64,000 nt of DNA from Pseudomonadota bacterium (GTDB lineage: Bacteria > Pseudomonadota > Alphaproteobacteria > Caulobacterales > Hyphomonadaceae), in assembly GCA_038522375.1 (NCBI GenBank), contig JBCBKE010000004.1, forward strand, positions 4,310-68,309, given 5' to 3'. Both the position numbers and the translations under genes were made by a program. Under the pieces are notes generated by a model. The model searched no databases and had not been told where the DNA came from. It worked only from the letters and a program-made list of their open reading frames with translations. This document shows, piece by piece, positions 42,467 to 52,255 of the stretch (its first letter is position 1; each line of letters opens with the position of its first letter).

Positions 42467-44560
42467 ATGGACACCTCTGTCAATCCTGTTGGGCGCGAAC
42501 GCGCAGTGAATGGCCGCGTTGAACACGGCGCTGCCGGCGCTGGCAAGAGCGCGGGCGATAGGGCTATCGGCGGCGGGGCAAATCGTACGCGGGCCGTCTT
42601 GGAGTGGTCATCGGCAAGTCCCGTCCTCCTGGCCCTGGGTTTTGCCGCCGGCGCTTACGTCTACTTCGCCCTTCCGATGGAGCCATCCTGGGCCCTTGTC
42701 CTGGGCGCTGTGGCGGTCTTTACCGCCACGCTCCCGATTGTGCGGCGCTTGCCAGCGATCTGGCCAATGACGCTTGCAGGTGTGGCCGTTGCCATGTCCG
42801 TAGGCACGCTTCACGCCAAGGGCGTTGCGCTCAGAACCGACACCGTCACCGTGTCGGGCGAGGTCGGACCCATGCAACTCGAGGGCTGGCTTCGGCAAGT
42901 GGAAGGCGGACGCAACGGGCCGCGGCTCCGGATCCAGGTGCATGCGATCCAGGGCATGGATGCCAGCCAGATCCCGTCACGGGTCCGGGTCACCCATCCG
43001 CTTTCGCTCAATGTTGCGCCGGGCCGGTTCGTCCGTTGCCGCGTTGTGTTGCGCCAACCGCCGGCACCATCGATTGCAGGAGACTATGACTTCAGGCGCC
43101 AGGCGTACTTCGAGGGCCTCGGTGCGGTTGGCTATGTCCAGGGGCGTTGCCGGGGTGGAGCTCTCGGTGCACCGAACGGATTGGTTTCCCAGGCAACCTT
43201 GTGGATCGATGGCCAGAGGCGACGCCTTGCCGAATACGTGAACCGTGCCGCCGGTGAACGCGCCGGCGGTTTTGCCGCTGCACTGGTCTCCGGAGACCGC
43301 AGTTTCATGGACCAGTCGGACCAGGAAGCGCTCAGGGCGTCCGGGCTTGCGCACCTGCTGGCGATCTCCGGCCTGCACCTCGGCATCGTTTGCGGTCTGG
43401 TCTATCTGATCGTGCGACGCAGCCTGGCAGTGATAGAGCCGCTGGCGGTGCGGCTCCCGGTCCAGAAACCGGCCGCTGCCCTCGCGCTGACGGCGGGCCT
43501 TGTATACCTGATCCTGTCGGGCGGATCGGTTTCCACCCAGCGCGCCTATGTCATGGCGGCCATCTTCTTTGGCGCGATCCTCTTTGACAGGCCGGGCTTC
43601 AGCATGCGGGCGTTTGCGGTTGCGATGGTGGCCGTGGTTGCGATCGACCCGGTTAGCGTTGTCTCACCTGGCTTCCAGATGTCGTTTGCAGCCACAGGGG
43701 CCCTGATCGCAACCTATGAGGCGTGGAACCGCGCCCGGCGGGCCAAGCTCTCGGTACAGCGGACCCATCCCTTCATCTCCGCGAGCCAATCGCTGGTGGT
43801 CACGTCGGTTGTCGCATCCTTCGCGACGGCGCCCTTTGCGCTCTACCATTTCGACCGGGTGGCGGGCGCCGGCCTGATCGCCAATTTCCTGGCGATGCCG
43901 ATCGTATCGGTGGTCACAGCGCCCAGCGCCGCGCTGGCCATGATCCTCGCCCCCTTCGGTCTGGCCGACTGGGGGTTGCGCCTTTTCGGGGCATCGCTGG
44001 AGGCGGTGCTCTGGGTGGCCCACTGGGCGGCCGCCTGGCCGGGGCAGATGCTGTTACCAGACTGGCCCATGCCTGCCTCTGCGCTTGGGCTCGCGACGGC
44101 CGCCATTGGCTGGGCAATGGTCGTTGGCGGTCCTTGGCGTTGGCTCGGGCTCGGCGTTGTCAGTACACTGGCGGGTGTCGCATGGCTTTGGGGGAAGGGC
44201 CCGGACGCTCACTGGGCGCCGAACGGGGATGTCTACCTCGCCAGTTCCAGCGGCGTAATTCGCGTGGCTGTCATCGATGGCGACGGGCTGGGTCCGCTGC
44301 GATATTCCGATCTTGACGTTGGTGCAGTCTGTACAGAGGGCGTGTGCGCCTTTCCTGTCCATCGCGGGATCGCCGAAATCCGATGGATCAGGGGGGAGCC
44401 GGAGCTCTGCCTCCGCAGCAACGATGCCGCCACCGGGGCCTGTGAGACCGCGTTGACGTGGCGCGACGTGCTGAACGGCAGCCCCGCCAGTTTCAAGGTG
44501 GGAGACACATTCAGCGGTCCAGAATGCACACCCCGCCCATGGGCTCCATGCGGGCGCTGA
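42467..44560 (+). CDS. comEC: ComEC/Rec2 family competence membrane protein (no C-terminal MBL domain)
   Basis: Polytopic membrane protein with ...GDYDFRRQAYFEGLGAVGYV... and ...ASGLAHLLAISGLHLGIV.... The 5' 260 nt of the ORF are antisense to gltX. The first ATG outside gltX is at 42467, and a GTG at 42506 is an alternative. The start is uncertain. Confidence 0.75.
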   Translation: MDTSVNPVGRERAVNGRVEHGAAGAGKSAGDRAIGGGANRTRAVLEWSSASPVLLALGFAAGAYVYFALPMEPSWALVLGAVAVFTATLPIVRRLPAIWPMTLAGVAVAMSVGTLHAKGVALRTDTVTVSGEVGPMQLEGWLRQVEGGRNGPRLRIQVHAIQGMDASQIPSRVRVTHPLSLNVAPGRFVRCRVVLRQPPAPSIAGDYDFRRQAYFEGLGAVGYVQGRCRGGALGAPNGLVSQATLWIDGQRRRLAEYVNRAAGERAGGFAAALVSGDRSFMDQSDQEALRASGLAHLLAISGLHLGIVCGLVYLIVRRSLAVIEPLAVRLPVQKPAAALALTAGLVYLILSGGSVSTQRAYVMAAIFFGAILFDRPGFSMRAFAVAMVAVVAIDPVSVVSPGFQMSFAATGALIATYEAWNRARRAKLSVQRTHPFISASQSLVVTSVVASFATAPFALYHFDRVAGAGLIANFLAMPIVSVVTAPSAALAMILAPFGLADWGLRLFGASLEAVLWVAHWAAAWPGQMLLPDWPMPASALGLATAAIGWAMVVGGPWRWLGLGVVSTLAGVAWLWGKGPDAHWAPNGDVYLASSSGVIRVAVIDGDGLGPLRYSDLDVGAVCTEGVCAFPVHRGIAEIRWIRGEPELCLRSNDAATGACETALTWRDVLNGSPASFKVGDTFSGPECTPRPWAPCGR

Positions 44561-44600
44561 GGCTGGGAAAAGCAAGGCCCGGGTTTCGGGAAACGATGAC

Positions 44601-46202
44601 CTAGAAGAGCGATCCCTGGTCTGACCCTGTTTTTTCGGTGTCGTCCGTGGGGCCCGGGCGTGTCCTGGCCTTCGCCGAAGCGCGTTTCCGTTTCGGTGCT
44701 GGTTTCGGTGTCCCTTGCTGCTGGGGAGCGCGATTGGCGTCGCCTGAGGGCGTCGCTTCCGTCGTTCCGTCTGCGAAGGTCAGGGACAACGCCTTGGCGG
44801 ACGATGCAGTCCGCGCACGGCGTAGGAGGGTTCCCGTCTCATCCCTGACCAGGGCAAACCCTCGCGCAAGGGTCGCCTTGTGCGATAGCGTTTCAAGCAA
44901 CCGCGATTGACCATTCAGTGCGCGGCGGCGGGTTTCGATCTGGCGGAGATAGGTGGGGGCCAGCCGTTCAGTTGCTTTCAGCAGCGCCTGGCGTCGGCGA
45001 ACCAGGTCCTGTTGCGCGGTCTCAGGACGAAGCCTGGAGGCCGACCGTGTGAAACGCAGCCGGTTTGCCGCGGTTGTGTCCGAAAGGGCCTGGACAAGGT
45101 GCCGCCCCGTCGTTTCCAGTCGGTGCCGCCGGGCCGTCAACATCGCTGCAGGATCGGGCCTTTTGGCAGCAAGCCGGTCGAGACGCGCGCGGAAGCGGTC
45201 CACCAGTGCCCGGGTCGCGCGGGGCAGCGTGGCAGTACCGTAGTCGAGGCGCTGGCGCTTTGTCTGCAGAAGGGTTTCTGCGCGGGGCAGGCGGGCCGCA
45301 AGGAGCCGGTCGCGGCTCTGTCCGATGCGGCGTACTAGTCCCTGCCGGAGGCGCTGGCCATAGCCATCGACCTGGACGAGCAACTCGGTGCGCACGGGGA
45401 CCGCGATTTCGGCCGCGCCCGTGGGCGTTGGCGCCCGTGCGTCGGCGACGTAGTCGATCAACGTGGTGTCGGTCTCGTGCCCGACCGCTGAAATCAGCGG
45501 AATGGTGCTTTCGAACGCGGCCCGTACAACAGTTTCCTCGTTGAACGGCCAAAGGTCTTCGATCGACCCGCCGCCCCGGCCGACGATCAGCACATCGGGG
45601 CGCTGTCCCTCTGGCATGGCATTGAAGCCGCGAATACCGGCTTCGACCTGGGGCGCAGCCAGATCTCCCTGCACCAGGGCTGGCCACAGGATAACCCGAG
45701 CAGGGAACCGGTCTGCGACCCGATGGAGGATATCGCGGATAACCGCCCCGGTGGGGCTGGTCACGACACCAATCACTGTCGGCAAGAACGGCAGCTTCTT
45801 CTTGTGTTTCGCGTCAAACAGGCCCTCGGCGGCGAGTTTTTTCTTGCGCTCCTCCAAAAGCGCCATCAGCGCTCCGACCCCGGCGGGACGCATGGTCGAG
45901 GCCAGGAGCTGGTAGTTCGAGCGGCCCGCATAAATCGAGAGCTTACCTTCGGCGACGACTTCCAGCCCCTCTTCTGGCCTGAACGGCAGCTGGTTGACCT
46001 GACCCTTCCACATGACCGTGTTCAGAACGGCCTTGTCGTCCTTGATGTCAGCATACATGTGGCCCGACCGGGCGATGGTGACCCGACCGAGTTCACCGCG
46101 CACGCGGACGAAGTCGAAGTTCGTCTCGATGGTCCGGCGCAGCGTATCGGCAAGCTCTGAAACCGTTAGGTCCGGCCGGTTTGTCGGGGCAGGTGTATCC
46201 AT
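44601..46202 (-). CDS. xseA: exodeoxyribonuclease VII large subunit (basic C-terminal tail)
   Basis: N-terminal OB fold (...LTVSELADTLRRTIETNF..VRVRGELG...), then ...VITSPTGAVIRDIL... and ...IVGRGGGSIEDLWPFN.... Confidence 0.93.
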   Translation of the reverse strand: MDTPAPTNRPDLTVSELADTLRRTIETNFDFVRVRGELGRVTIARSGHMYADIKDDKAVLNTVMWKGQVNQLPFRPEEGLEVVAEGKLSIYAGRSNYQLLASTMRPAGVGALMALLEERKKKLAAEGLFDAKHKKKLPFLPTVIGVVTSPTGAVIRDILHRVADRFPARVILWPALVQGDLAAPQVEAGIRGFNAMPEGQRPDVLIVGRGGGSIEDLWPFNEETVVRAAFESTIPLISAVGHETDTTLIDYVADARAPTPTGAAEIAVPVRTELLVQVDGYGQRLRQGLVRRIGQSRDRLLAARLPRAETLLQTKRQRLDYGTATLPRATRALVDRFRARLDRLAAKRPDPAAMLTARRHRLETTGRHLVQALSDTTAANRLRFTRSASRLRPETAQQDLVRRRQALLKATERLAPTYLRQIETRRRALNGQSRLLETLSHKATLARGFALVRDETGTLLRRARTASSAKALSLTFADGTTEATPSGDANRAPQQQGTPKPAPKRKRASAKARTRPGPTDDTEKTGSDQGSLF

Positions 46203-46212
46203 GCCGGCAGGC

Positions 46213-46719
46213 CTAAACCCGTTTGGCGAGCTGGGTCACCCCCTTAATGGATGTTCCCGCTGCGATGGCCGAGGAGCGGACCATGGCCCTCGTCAATCCG
46301 TTGGATGCCCGCTCCAACAGGAAGCGACCCTGCCCGAACGCTGTGTTCTCAAAGCGCCAATCGCCGGAAAACAGGCAAAAGTCGCTCTCGACCAACCCCT
46401 GGTAGCAGATTGCAAAGGAATGGGCGCCCTGGCCTGGGCGGTAGCGCTTTGTGAACATGACCGATGCCCCGGACCGGTCTCCGGTCACGTCAGCTTCCAG
46501 CTCCTCAACGTTCGCAGCCGATAGCGTATTGGGTTCCATGGTCGAGCCGGTCAGCGACCCGCCATCATCGTCGAGCCAGGCGGTAAATGGCACCCGTTCA
46601 CCCAAATCGAGATAGCTGTACCAGCCATTCCAGAGCCCGTTCAGGTCACCGCCCATCGTCCTGGTCCAATGCGATCCCGGGACGACAGACCACTCGCCGC
46701 CAGGGTTTCTCCTGTACAT
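46213..46719 (-). CDS. hypothetical protein
   Basis: 168-aa ORF 10 nt upstream of xseA on the same strand. It is Gly/Trp/Tyr-rich (..LNGLWNGWYSY.., ..FSGDWRF..). No family recognised. The start could instead be Met-22 (46656). Confidence 0.5.
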   Translation of the reverse strand: MYRRNPGGEWSVVPGSHWTRTMGGDLNGLWNGWYSYLDLGERVPFTAWLDDDGGSLTGSTMEPNTLSAANVEELEADVTGDRSGASVMFTKRYRPGQGAHSFAICYQGLVESDFCLFSGDWRFENTAFGQGRFLLERASNGLTRAMVRSSAIAAGTSIKGVTQLAKRV

Positions 46720-46774
46720 GCTGGGCGCCGAGCCCGGTCTTGATTATCGGTGCGGTCGGCGCCATCACCTCAGC

Positions 46775-48076
46775 ATGAATATCCTTCTACTCGGTTCTGG
46801 CGGTCGCGAACATGCTCTCGCCTGGAAAATTGCCCAATCGGATCTGGTCGACACGGTCTGGTCGGCCCCCGGCAACCCGGGCATGGACACGCTGGGACCA
46901 TGTTTCGATGTTGATCTGGGCGATCTTGCGGCGATCGAACGCCTGACCTTGCAGCTCGACCCGGCTTTGGTGGTGATTGGCCCCGAGGCACCCTTGGCGG
47001 CCGGGGCGGCGGATCTGCTGCGTGCGCGCGGCTTGGATGTGTTTGGACCCGGTCGCGACGCGGCACGGCTTGAGAGTTCAAAGAGTTTCTCGAAGGCGTT
47101 CATGGCCAGGCACCAGATCCCAACCGCAGCTTACCGGGAGGTCGGGGACATTGACGAGGCGCGGGATGCGCTGGCCGGTTTCAATCCCCCCTACGTGCTC
47201 AAGGCCGATGGTCTGGCCGCTGGCAAGGGTGTTGTGATCGCCGAAACGCTGGCGGATGCGCTCCACGCGGCGGATACGATGCTTTCCGGACAGTTCGGCG
47301 AGGCGTCCCGGAGACTTGTTATCGAGGAGTTCATGGAGGGCGAGGAGGCGAGCCTGTTCGTGATGACAGACGGGGCCGGCGCCATAGCCTTGCCTGCTGT
47401 CCAGGACCACAAGGCCGTCGGGGAAGGGGATACAGGGCCGAACACCGGCGGCATGGGCGCCTACGCTCCGGCCCACGTGATTACGACCGATATTCTAGAC
47501 ACCATTGTGGATTCCATCATTGTTCCGACACTTGCCGGCATGGAGGCCGATGGCCATCCCTACCAGGGAGTCCTGTACGTCGGCTTGATGATCACCGAGG
47601 AGGGGCCAAAAGTCGTTGAGTATAATTGCCGGTTTGGTGACCCTGAATGCCAGGTGCTGATGAAGGGGCTGCCCGGGGATATTGTGCCTGCGCTCCTGAC
47701 ATGCGCCACTGGCGGCGTCGAAGGTATGGTGAGCGCCTTGCGGGAGATGATGGGTGTTGACGCATTCGATCCATCGGCAACCGTTGTGCTCGCCGCAAAA
47801 GGCTATCCTGGCGACTATGAAACCGGCTCGCTTATCAAGGGCCTGGAGGACGCCAATGCCATTGGCGGCGTCACCGTTTTCCATGCTGGCACCCAAGTGA
47901 ACGCCGCCGGTAAACTCGTGGCGTCCGGCGGGCGGGTCCTGGCGGTCACAGCCAGCGGCGACAGCGTCGAACAAGCCCTCGACAAGGCCTATGACGGGGT
48001 TGACAAGATCGACTGGCCAGAAGGCTTCTGTCGGCGCGACATAGGCTGGCGCGTTCTCGGCAGCGGGCCAGCATGA
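46775..48076 (+). CDS. purD: phosphoribosylamine--glycine ligase
   Basis: The ORF was trimmed to MNILLLGSGGREHALAWKI.... An ATP-grasp core follows. Confidence 0.95.
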   Translation: MNILLLGSGGREHALAWKIAQSDLVDTVWSAPGNPGMDTLGPCFDVDLGDLAAIERLTLQLDPALVVIGPEAPLAAGAADLLRARGLDVFGPGRDAARLESSKSFSKAFMARHQIPTAAYREVGDIDEARDALAGFNPPYVLKADGLAAGKGVVIAETLADALHAADTMLSGQFGEASRRLVIEEFMEGEEASLFVMTDGAGAIALPAVQDHKAVGEGDTGPNTGGMGAYAPAHVITTDILDTIVDSIIVPTLAGMEADGHPYQGVLYVGLMITEEGPKVVEYNCRFGDPECQVLMKGLPGDIVPALLTCATGGVEGMVSALREMMGVDAFDPSATVVLAAKGYPGDYETGSLIKGLEDANAIGGVTVFHAGTQVNAAGKLVASGGRVLAVTASGDSVEQALDKAYDGVDKIDWPEGFCRRDIGWRVLGSGPA

Positions 48077-48441
48077 CCGAACGCGACCTGGGAACCCTGC
48101 TGGCCACGCTTGATGTGCATGTGCACGAGGGTGTTTGGGCCTACGGCAGCGGCGGGGCTTCCCCGGGAGCAGTCTTCACCTTCGTTGAACGTGAGGGCCC
48201 GTGTTTCATTGCACCTGCAACCGCCGATACGCCGGACGAGAACCGGTGGACGTGGCTCGAGCTCACGGTCTACTCCGATCTCAACGCCGTGGGGTTCCTG
48301 GCCCGGGTGGCAGGGGCCCTTGCGAATGCGGGCATACCCTGCAACGCGATCGCCGGGCTCAACCACGACCATATCTTCGTGCCTGCCCGGTCTGCCGGCG
48401 ACGCGAAATCCGCGCTTATGGCCCTCGCGAAAACCGCCTGA
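48073..48441 (+). CDS. ACT domain-containing protein (DUF2241/ACT_7-like)
   Basis: 122-aa protein with ...WLELTVYSDLNAVGFLARVAGALANAGIPCNAIAGLNHDHIFV.... The start overlaps the purD stop (ATGA). Confidence 0.65.
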   Translation: MTERDLGTLLATLDVHVHEGVWAYGSGGASPGAVFTFVEREGPCFIAPATADTPDENRWTWLELTVYSDLNAVGFLARVAGALANAGIPCNAIAGLNHDHIFVPARSAGDAKSALMALAKTA

Positions 48442-48523
48442 TCCAAACTCTCCCATTGTCCAAGCTGTTCGGCGCGCGCTACAGTTGCGTCAAAACATCA
48501 AGACGATATGCGGGAGGTAAGCC

Positions 48524-49612
48524 ATGGTCCATGGCGGCGATGCTCAGGAACTGTTTACCGGCACAAAGGAGGTGGCGGAAAGCCACCGGTTTGACGAGGG
48601 TAAACTCGCCGATTGGCTGGCTGCCAATGTCGAGGGCTTTGCTGGCCCGCTTGAAGTGCGCCAGTTCAAGGGCGGGCAATCAAATCCGACGTATCAGTTG
48701 GTCACCCCAGGCAGAAAGTACGTGATGCGGCGGAAACCGCCAGGAAAGCTCCTCCCGTCAGCCCACGCCGTGGACCGGGAGTACCGCGTGATCTCTGCAC
48801 TTCACCCGCTTGGGTACCCCGTGGCGCGCCCCTATGCCCTCTGCGAAGATGAGAGTGTGACCGGGACCATGTTCTACGTCATGGACATGGTCGAAGGCCG
48901 TATCCTGTGGGACGGCACGCTGCCAGGCATGGAGCCCGCCGAGCGCGGCGCCATCTATGAGGCCAAGTGCAAGACCTTCGCCCAACTCCACAACGTCGAC
49001 TGGCGGGCCGCCGGCCTTGAGGGCTTTGGCAAGGAGGGCGACTATGTGGCCCGTCAGATCCATCGATGGACCAAGCAGTACAAGGCGTCCGAAACCGACC
49101 AGATCACCGCCATGGACAGGCTGATCGACTGGCTGCCAGCGAATATTCCCGAAGGCGATACGACCACCATCGTCCATGGCGATTACCGCCTCGACAACAT
49201 GATCCTGCATCCCACAGAACCCAGAGTGATCGCCGTGCTCGACTGGGAACTTTGTACCCTGGGTGATCCGCTGGCCGATTTCACCTACCATTTGATGAAC
49301 TGGGTGATGCCGGGCACAGATCCGTCGCGGAAAGCGCTTGTCGATATCCCGGACCTTGCCGCCCACGGCATTCCAACCATGGAAGAATATGTGGCGCTCT
49401 ACTGTGCCGAGACGGGCCGCGACAGCCTGCCGGAGGTGGATTACTACTTCGCCTACAACGCCTTCAGGCTCGCGGGCATCTGCCAGGGGATCGTCGGCCG
49501 CGTCCGTGACGGGACGGCCAACAGCCCCCAAGCCGCGGCCATGGCGGAGCGCGTTGCGCCGCTGGCCGAGTTCGCGCTCGACCGCGCCCAGCGCGCAGGC
49601 ATGTCGGCTTGA
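48524..49612 (+). CDS. phosphotransferase (APH/choline-kinase-like) family protein
   Basis: Contains ...QFKGGQSNPTYQL...YVMRRKP... and the Brenner/kinase motif ...IVHGDYRLDNMILH...VLDWELCTLGDPLAD.... Confidence 0.85.
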   Translation: MVHGGDAQELFTGTKEVAESHRFDEGKLADWLAANVEGFAGPLEVRQFKGGQSNPTYQLVTPGRKYVMRRKPPGKLLPSAHAVDREYRVISALHPLGYPVARPYALCEDESVTGTMFYVMDMVEGRILWDGTLPGMEPAERGAIYEAKCKTFAQLHNVDWRAAGLEGFGKEGDYVARQIHRWTKQYKASETDQITAMDRLIDWLPANIPEGDTTTIVHGDYRLDNMILHPTEPRVIAVLDWELCTLGDPLADFTYHLMNWVMPGTDPSRKALVDIPDLAAHGIPTMEEYVALYCAETGRDSLPEVDYYFAYNAFRLAGICQGIVGRVRDGTANSPQAAAMAERVAPLAEFALDRAQRAGMSA

Positions 49613-49649
49613 GCCGGCGCCTATCCCTCGCGACGAAAGGACGAACACC

Positions 49650-50954
49650 TTGATCAGACGAATAATCCTAGCGGCTTTCCTCGCAACAGCCGCCTACCCA
49701 GCGCTAGCCCATGGCCAGGACAGCGAACCAGTCGCCCAGACCGTAGTGCACGCTGGCCACCTGATGGCCGTTCCGGGCGAGGGGTATGCCACAGAACAGA
49801 CCCTGGTGATCGAGGATGGCCGGATCGTGCAGGTCATGGCGGGCTACCAGACGCCGGAGGGGGCGACGGTCGTCGACCTGAAAGACGCGTATGTGCTGCC
49901 CGGCCTGATCGACAGCCATGTTCATATTCTCAGCGAGAACGGACCCGGCCAACGCCTTCAAGGCTTTATCGACAGTCCTGCCGACATGGCCTTCACTGGT
50001 GCAAACCATGCCCGCACGACCCTGATGGCGGGCTTCACCGCAGTGCAGGATGTGGGCGGCAATAATGAGGCGGTCTTCGCCCTGCGCGACGCCATCGCAG
50101 CGGGCAAGGTGCCGGGTCCGCGAATGCGAACCGCGGGCCGGGCCGTTGCGGTCACCGGCGGCCATGGCGACGTGAACGGTTACAATACCCGCGTTCTCGA
50201 AATGCTGACGGGTGCGAATATCTGCAATGGAGCCGATGATTGCCGCCGGGCCGTCCGTCAGCAGGTGAAGGAGGGCGCTGACCTGATCAAGATCACGGCG
50301 ACGGGCGGGGTGCTTTCGAACACGTCCGCCGGACTGGAACAACAGTTCACCGATGCCGAACTGGAAGCAATCGTCGAGGCCGCAACGTCCATGGGCCGGA
50401 AAGTCACTGCCCACGCCCATGGCAAGAGCGGTGTGGACGCGGCGATCAGGGCTGGGGTCAAGTCGATTGAGCACGGCACCTATCTCGACGCCGAGAGCAT
50501 CGCGTTGTTCAAGGAAAATGGAGCGGTCCTTGTCCCGACAGTTCTCGCCGGCGTCACCGTGACGAGCTGGACAAATGAGCCGTGGCTGCCAGCGGCGTCC
50601 CGCGCAAAGGCAGCGATCGTCGGGCCCCAGATGATCGACATGCTCCGCCGCGCCCATGAGGGCGGTGTCACCGTCGCCTACGGGACCGACACCGGCGTCT
50701 CCGCCCATGGCAACAATGCCCAGGAGTTCGCCTTGATGGTGGAAGCCGGTTTCACGCCAGAAGAGGCTATTCGCTCTGCCACCGTTGCCGCTTCCGAGCA
50801 CCTGGAAATGTCTGACGATATTGGCACCCTCGTCCCTGGAAAGTTTGCTGATATCATTGCGACGACAGATGATCCGCTGGCCGATATTCGCGCGCTGGAA
50901 GACATCGACTTCGTGATGCAGGGCGGGGTCGTTCACAAGTCGATCTCTGACTAG
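49650..50954 (+). CDS. secreted amidohydrolase family metallohydrolase
   Basis: The TTG start at 49650 is preceded by AAAGGA and gives the signal peptide LIRRIILAAFLATAAYPALA. Motifs ..PGLIDSHVHI.., ..TAHAHG.. and ..AYGTDTG.. are present. The upstream part of the 49338 ORF overlaps the preceding gene. Confidence 0.85.
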   Translation: MIRRIILAAFLATAAYPALAHGQDSEPVAQTVVHAGHLMAVPGEGYATEQTLVIEDGRIVQVMAGYQTPEGATVVDLKDAYVLPGLIDSHVHILSENGPGQRLQGFIDSPADMAFTGANHARTTLMAGFTAVQDVGGNNEAVFALRDAIAAGKVPGPRMRTAGRAVAVTGGHGDVNGYNTRVLEMLTGANICNGADDCRRAVRQQVKEGADLIKITATGGVLSNTSAGLEQQFTDAELEAIVEAATSMGRKVTAHAHGKSGVDAAIRAGVKSIEHGTYLDAESIALFKENGAVLVPTVLAGVTVTSWTNEPWLPAASRAKAAIVGPQMIDMLRRAHEGGVTVAYGTDTGVSAHGNNAQEFALMVEAGFTPEEAIRSATVAASEHLEMSDDIGTLVPGKFADIIATTDDPLADIRALEDIDFVMQGGVVHKSISD

Positions 50955-51122
50955 GCGCACCTCGCTTCACCTGAATACGGGTTGCGGCCTTCCCTGTTTC
51001 AGGGAAGCATTTTGACTTCTTCCCACGATACTTGGAAAAAGGAGGGGTATCGGCGACACTCGAAGTCCCCGCCAGGCCATCACCCCGCGGGGGGCGCGTC
51101 ACCCGCTTTTGAGAGACCACCC

Positions 51123-52067
51123 ATGATTTTGCCTAACGCTTCCACCGCTCCCGTGAAGGCTGCCGCAGCGACTGCCTTCGCCTTAGGCGCACTTGCTGCG
51201 TGTTCACCGGCGACACAAGGTGGCTCAGGGGCGGTGGGGTCAGCCACCCTCGCGTCGACCGATGCGGCCTGCGTCCCCATTCCGGAGAACGCCGTGTTCC
51301 GGGAAAACGAAGGCAAGCTTGTCCAGGTCAGCGGCGACGGTAACGCCTTCTTCCAGATGGTTGACGGGGTGCTGACAGAAGTTGACGCGCCTGAGCCCGA
51401 AGTGATCGAGCGGGTTATCGAGGCGCCGCAAAGCTGGTCTGAGCAGTTGGAAGCGTCATTCCCGAGCCTTGGCTTTCCATGGTTGAAACTCGATGCTCGA
51501 AACCTCGACGCCGGCGTCGTCACGCTGACCGGATTGGCCCCGACAGAGGACGCGAAGGCCCGCGCGCTGCAGGCCGGCGAAAGCGCTATCTCGGCAACGA
51601 GCGAAGGCGGCAACCTCCTCGTCGTCGACGGAATTTCCGTTGAGGGGGGAGAGGCCGCGGTGGGCGAGGCGCTTGCGGGCCTCAATGACCGGCCGAGCGT
51701 CAGTGCCTGCCAGGACGCCTTCGATGACACGATGGCAGGCCGACTTGTCAGTTTCGGAGCCGGCGGCGCCCAGATCAACGATGAAAGCGCCCGGCTGCTG
51801 GACGCGCTCACGGGGGTGGCGATCCTCTGTGCGGACTACCGTATCGAGGTGGGCGGGCACACCGACACGACCGGCAGTGCCCTCGCGAACCAAGTGCTCT
51901 CGGAAGACCGGGCGGCGGCGGTCCGGCAGTACCTGATCGACAGGGGTGTCAGCGCCAGCACGCTCAGGGCTGTCGGCTATGGTGAGGTTCGACCCCTGGT
52001 GCAGGGAAACACACCCGAGGCCCACGCCCGTAATCGCCGCGTCGAATTTACCGTCCGCAACCGTTAG
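51123..52067 (+). CDS. OmpA-family lipoprotein (BON-like middle region, OmpA_C peptidoglycan-binding C-terminus)
   Basis: The ORF was trimmed to MILPN..., which gives the lipobox ..LGALAAC. The C-terminus ...GHTDTTGSALANQVLSEDRAAAVRQYL...NRRVEFTV is the OmpA-like motif. Confidence 0.85.
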   Translation: MILPNASTAPVKAAAATAFALGALAACSPATQGGSGAVGSATLASTDAACVPIPENAVFRENEGKLVQVSGDGNAFFQMVDGVLTEVDAPEPEVIERVIEAPQSWSEQLEASFPSLGFPWLKLDARNLDAGVVTLTGLAPTEDAKARALQAGESAISATSEGGNLLVVDGISVEGGEAAVGEALAGLNDRPSVSACQDAFDDTMAGRLVSFGAGGAQINDESARLLDALTGVAILCADYRIEVGGHTDTTGSALANQVLSEDRAAAVRQYLIDRGVSASTLRAVGYGEVRPLVQGNTPEAHARNRRVEFTVRNR

Positions 52068-52068
52068 A

Positions 52069-52112
52069 GCGCTTCCAGGCGAAGTGGGCACCGGTTCGCC
52101 GTCCGGAAGCGC
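52069..52112 (+). terminator. stem-loop immediately after the OmpA-family gene (8-bp + 6-bp helices, no clear U-tract)
   Basis: GCGCTTCC(a)GGCGAA - 11-nt loop - TTCGCC(gtcc)GGAAGCGC, starting 2 nt after the stop codon. A second hairpin, GCGGCGCG-N17-CGCGCCGC followed by TTT, lies at 52132-52164. Confidence 0.4.
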
Positions 52113-52255
52113 GTCAAGACGAGGATTTGATGCGGCGCGCCGACTCCATGTGAGAACGCGCCGCTTTCGTCCGGCGAAGAACCCGGAACCGACCTCATCG
52201 CTTGCTAAAGCGGTGATCCTGGCGTTGTCTTGCCGTGTTGCTGCGGAAAGGGACG

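Noticed and set aside
42497-42511. GAACgcgcagtGAAT, a near SOS box at the gltX/comEC junction.
   Set aside because: It has one mismatch in an 8-nt core and probably lies within the comEC coding region or leader. That is too weak to call.
52068-52234. Possible tRNA or small RNA gene in the 167-nt gap before the TIR gene.
   Set aside because: Two hairpins are present, but there is no cloverleaf, and GGTTCGCC is not a T-loop consensus. The hairpins are more simply read as terminator-like or insulating stem-loops.
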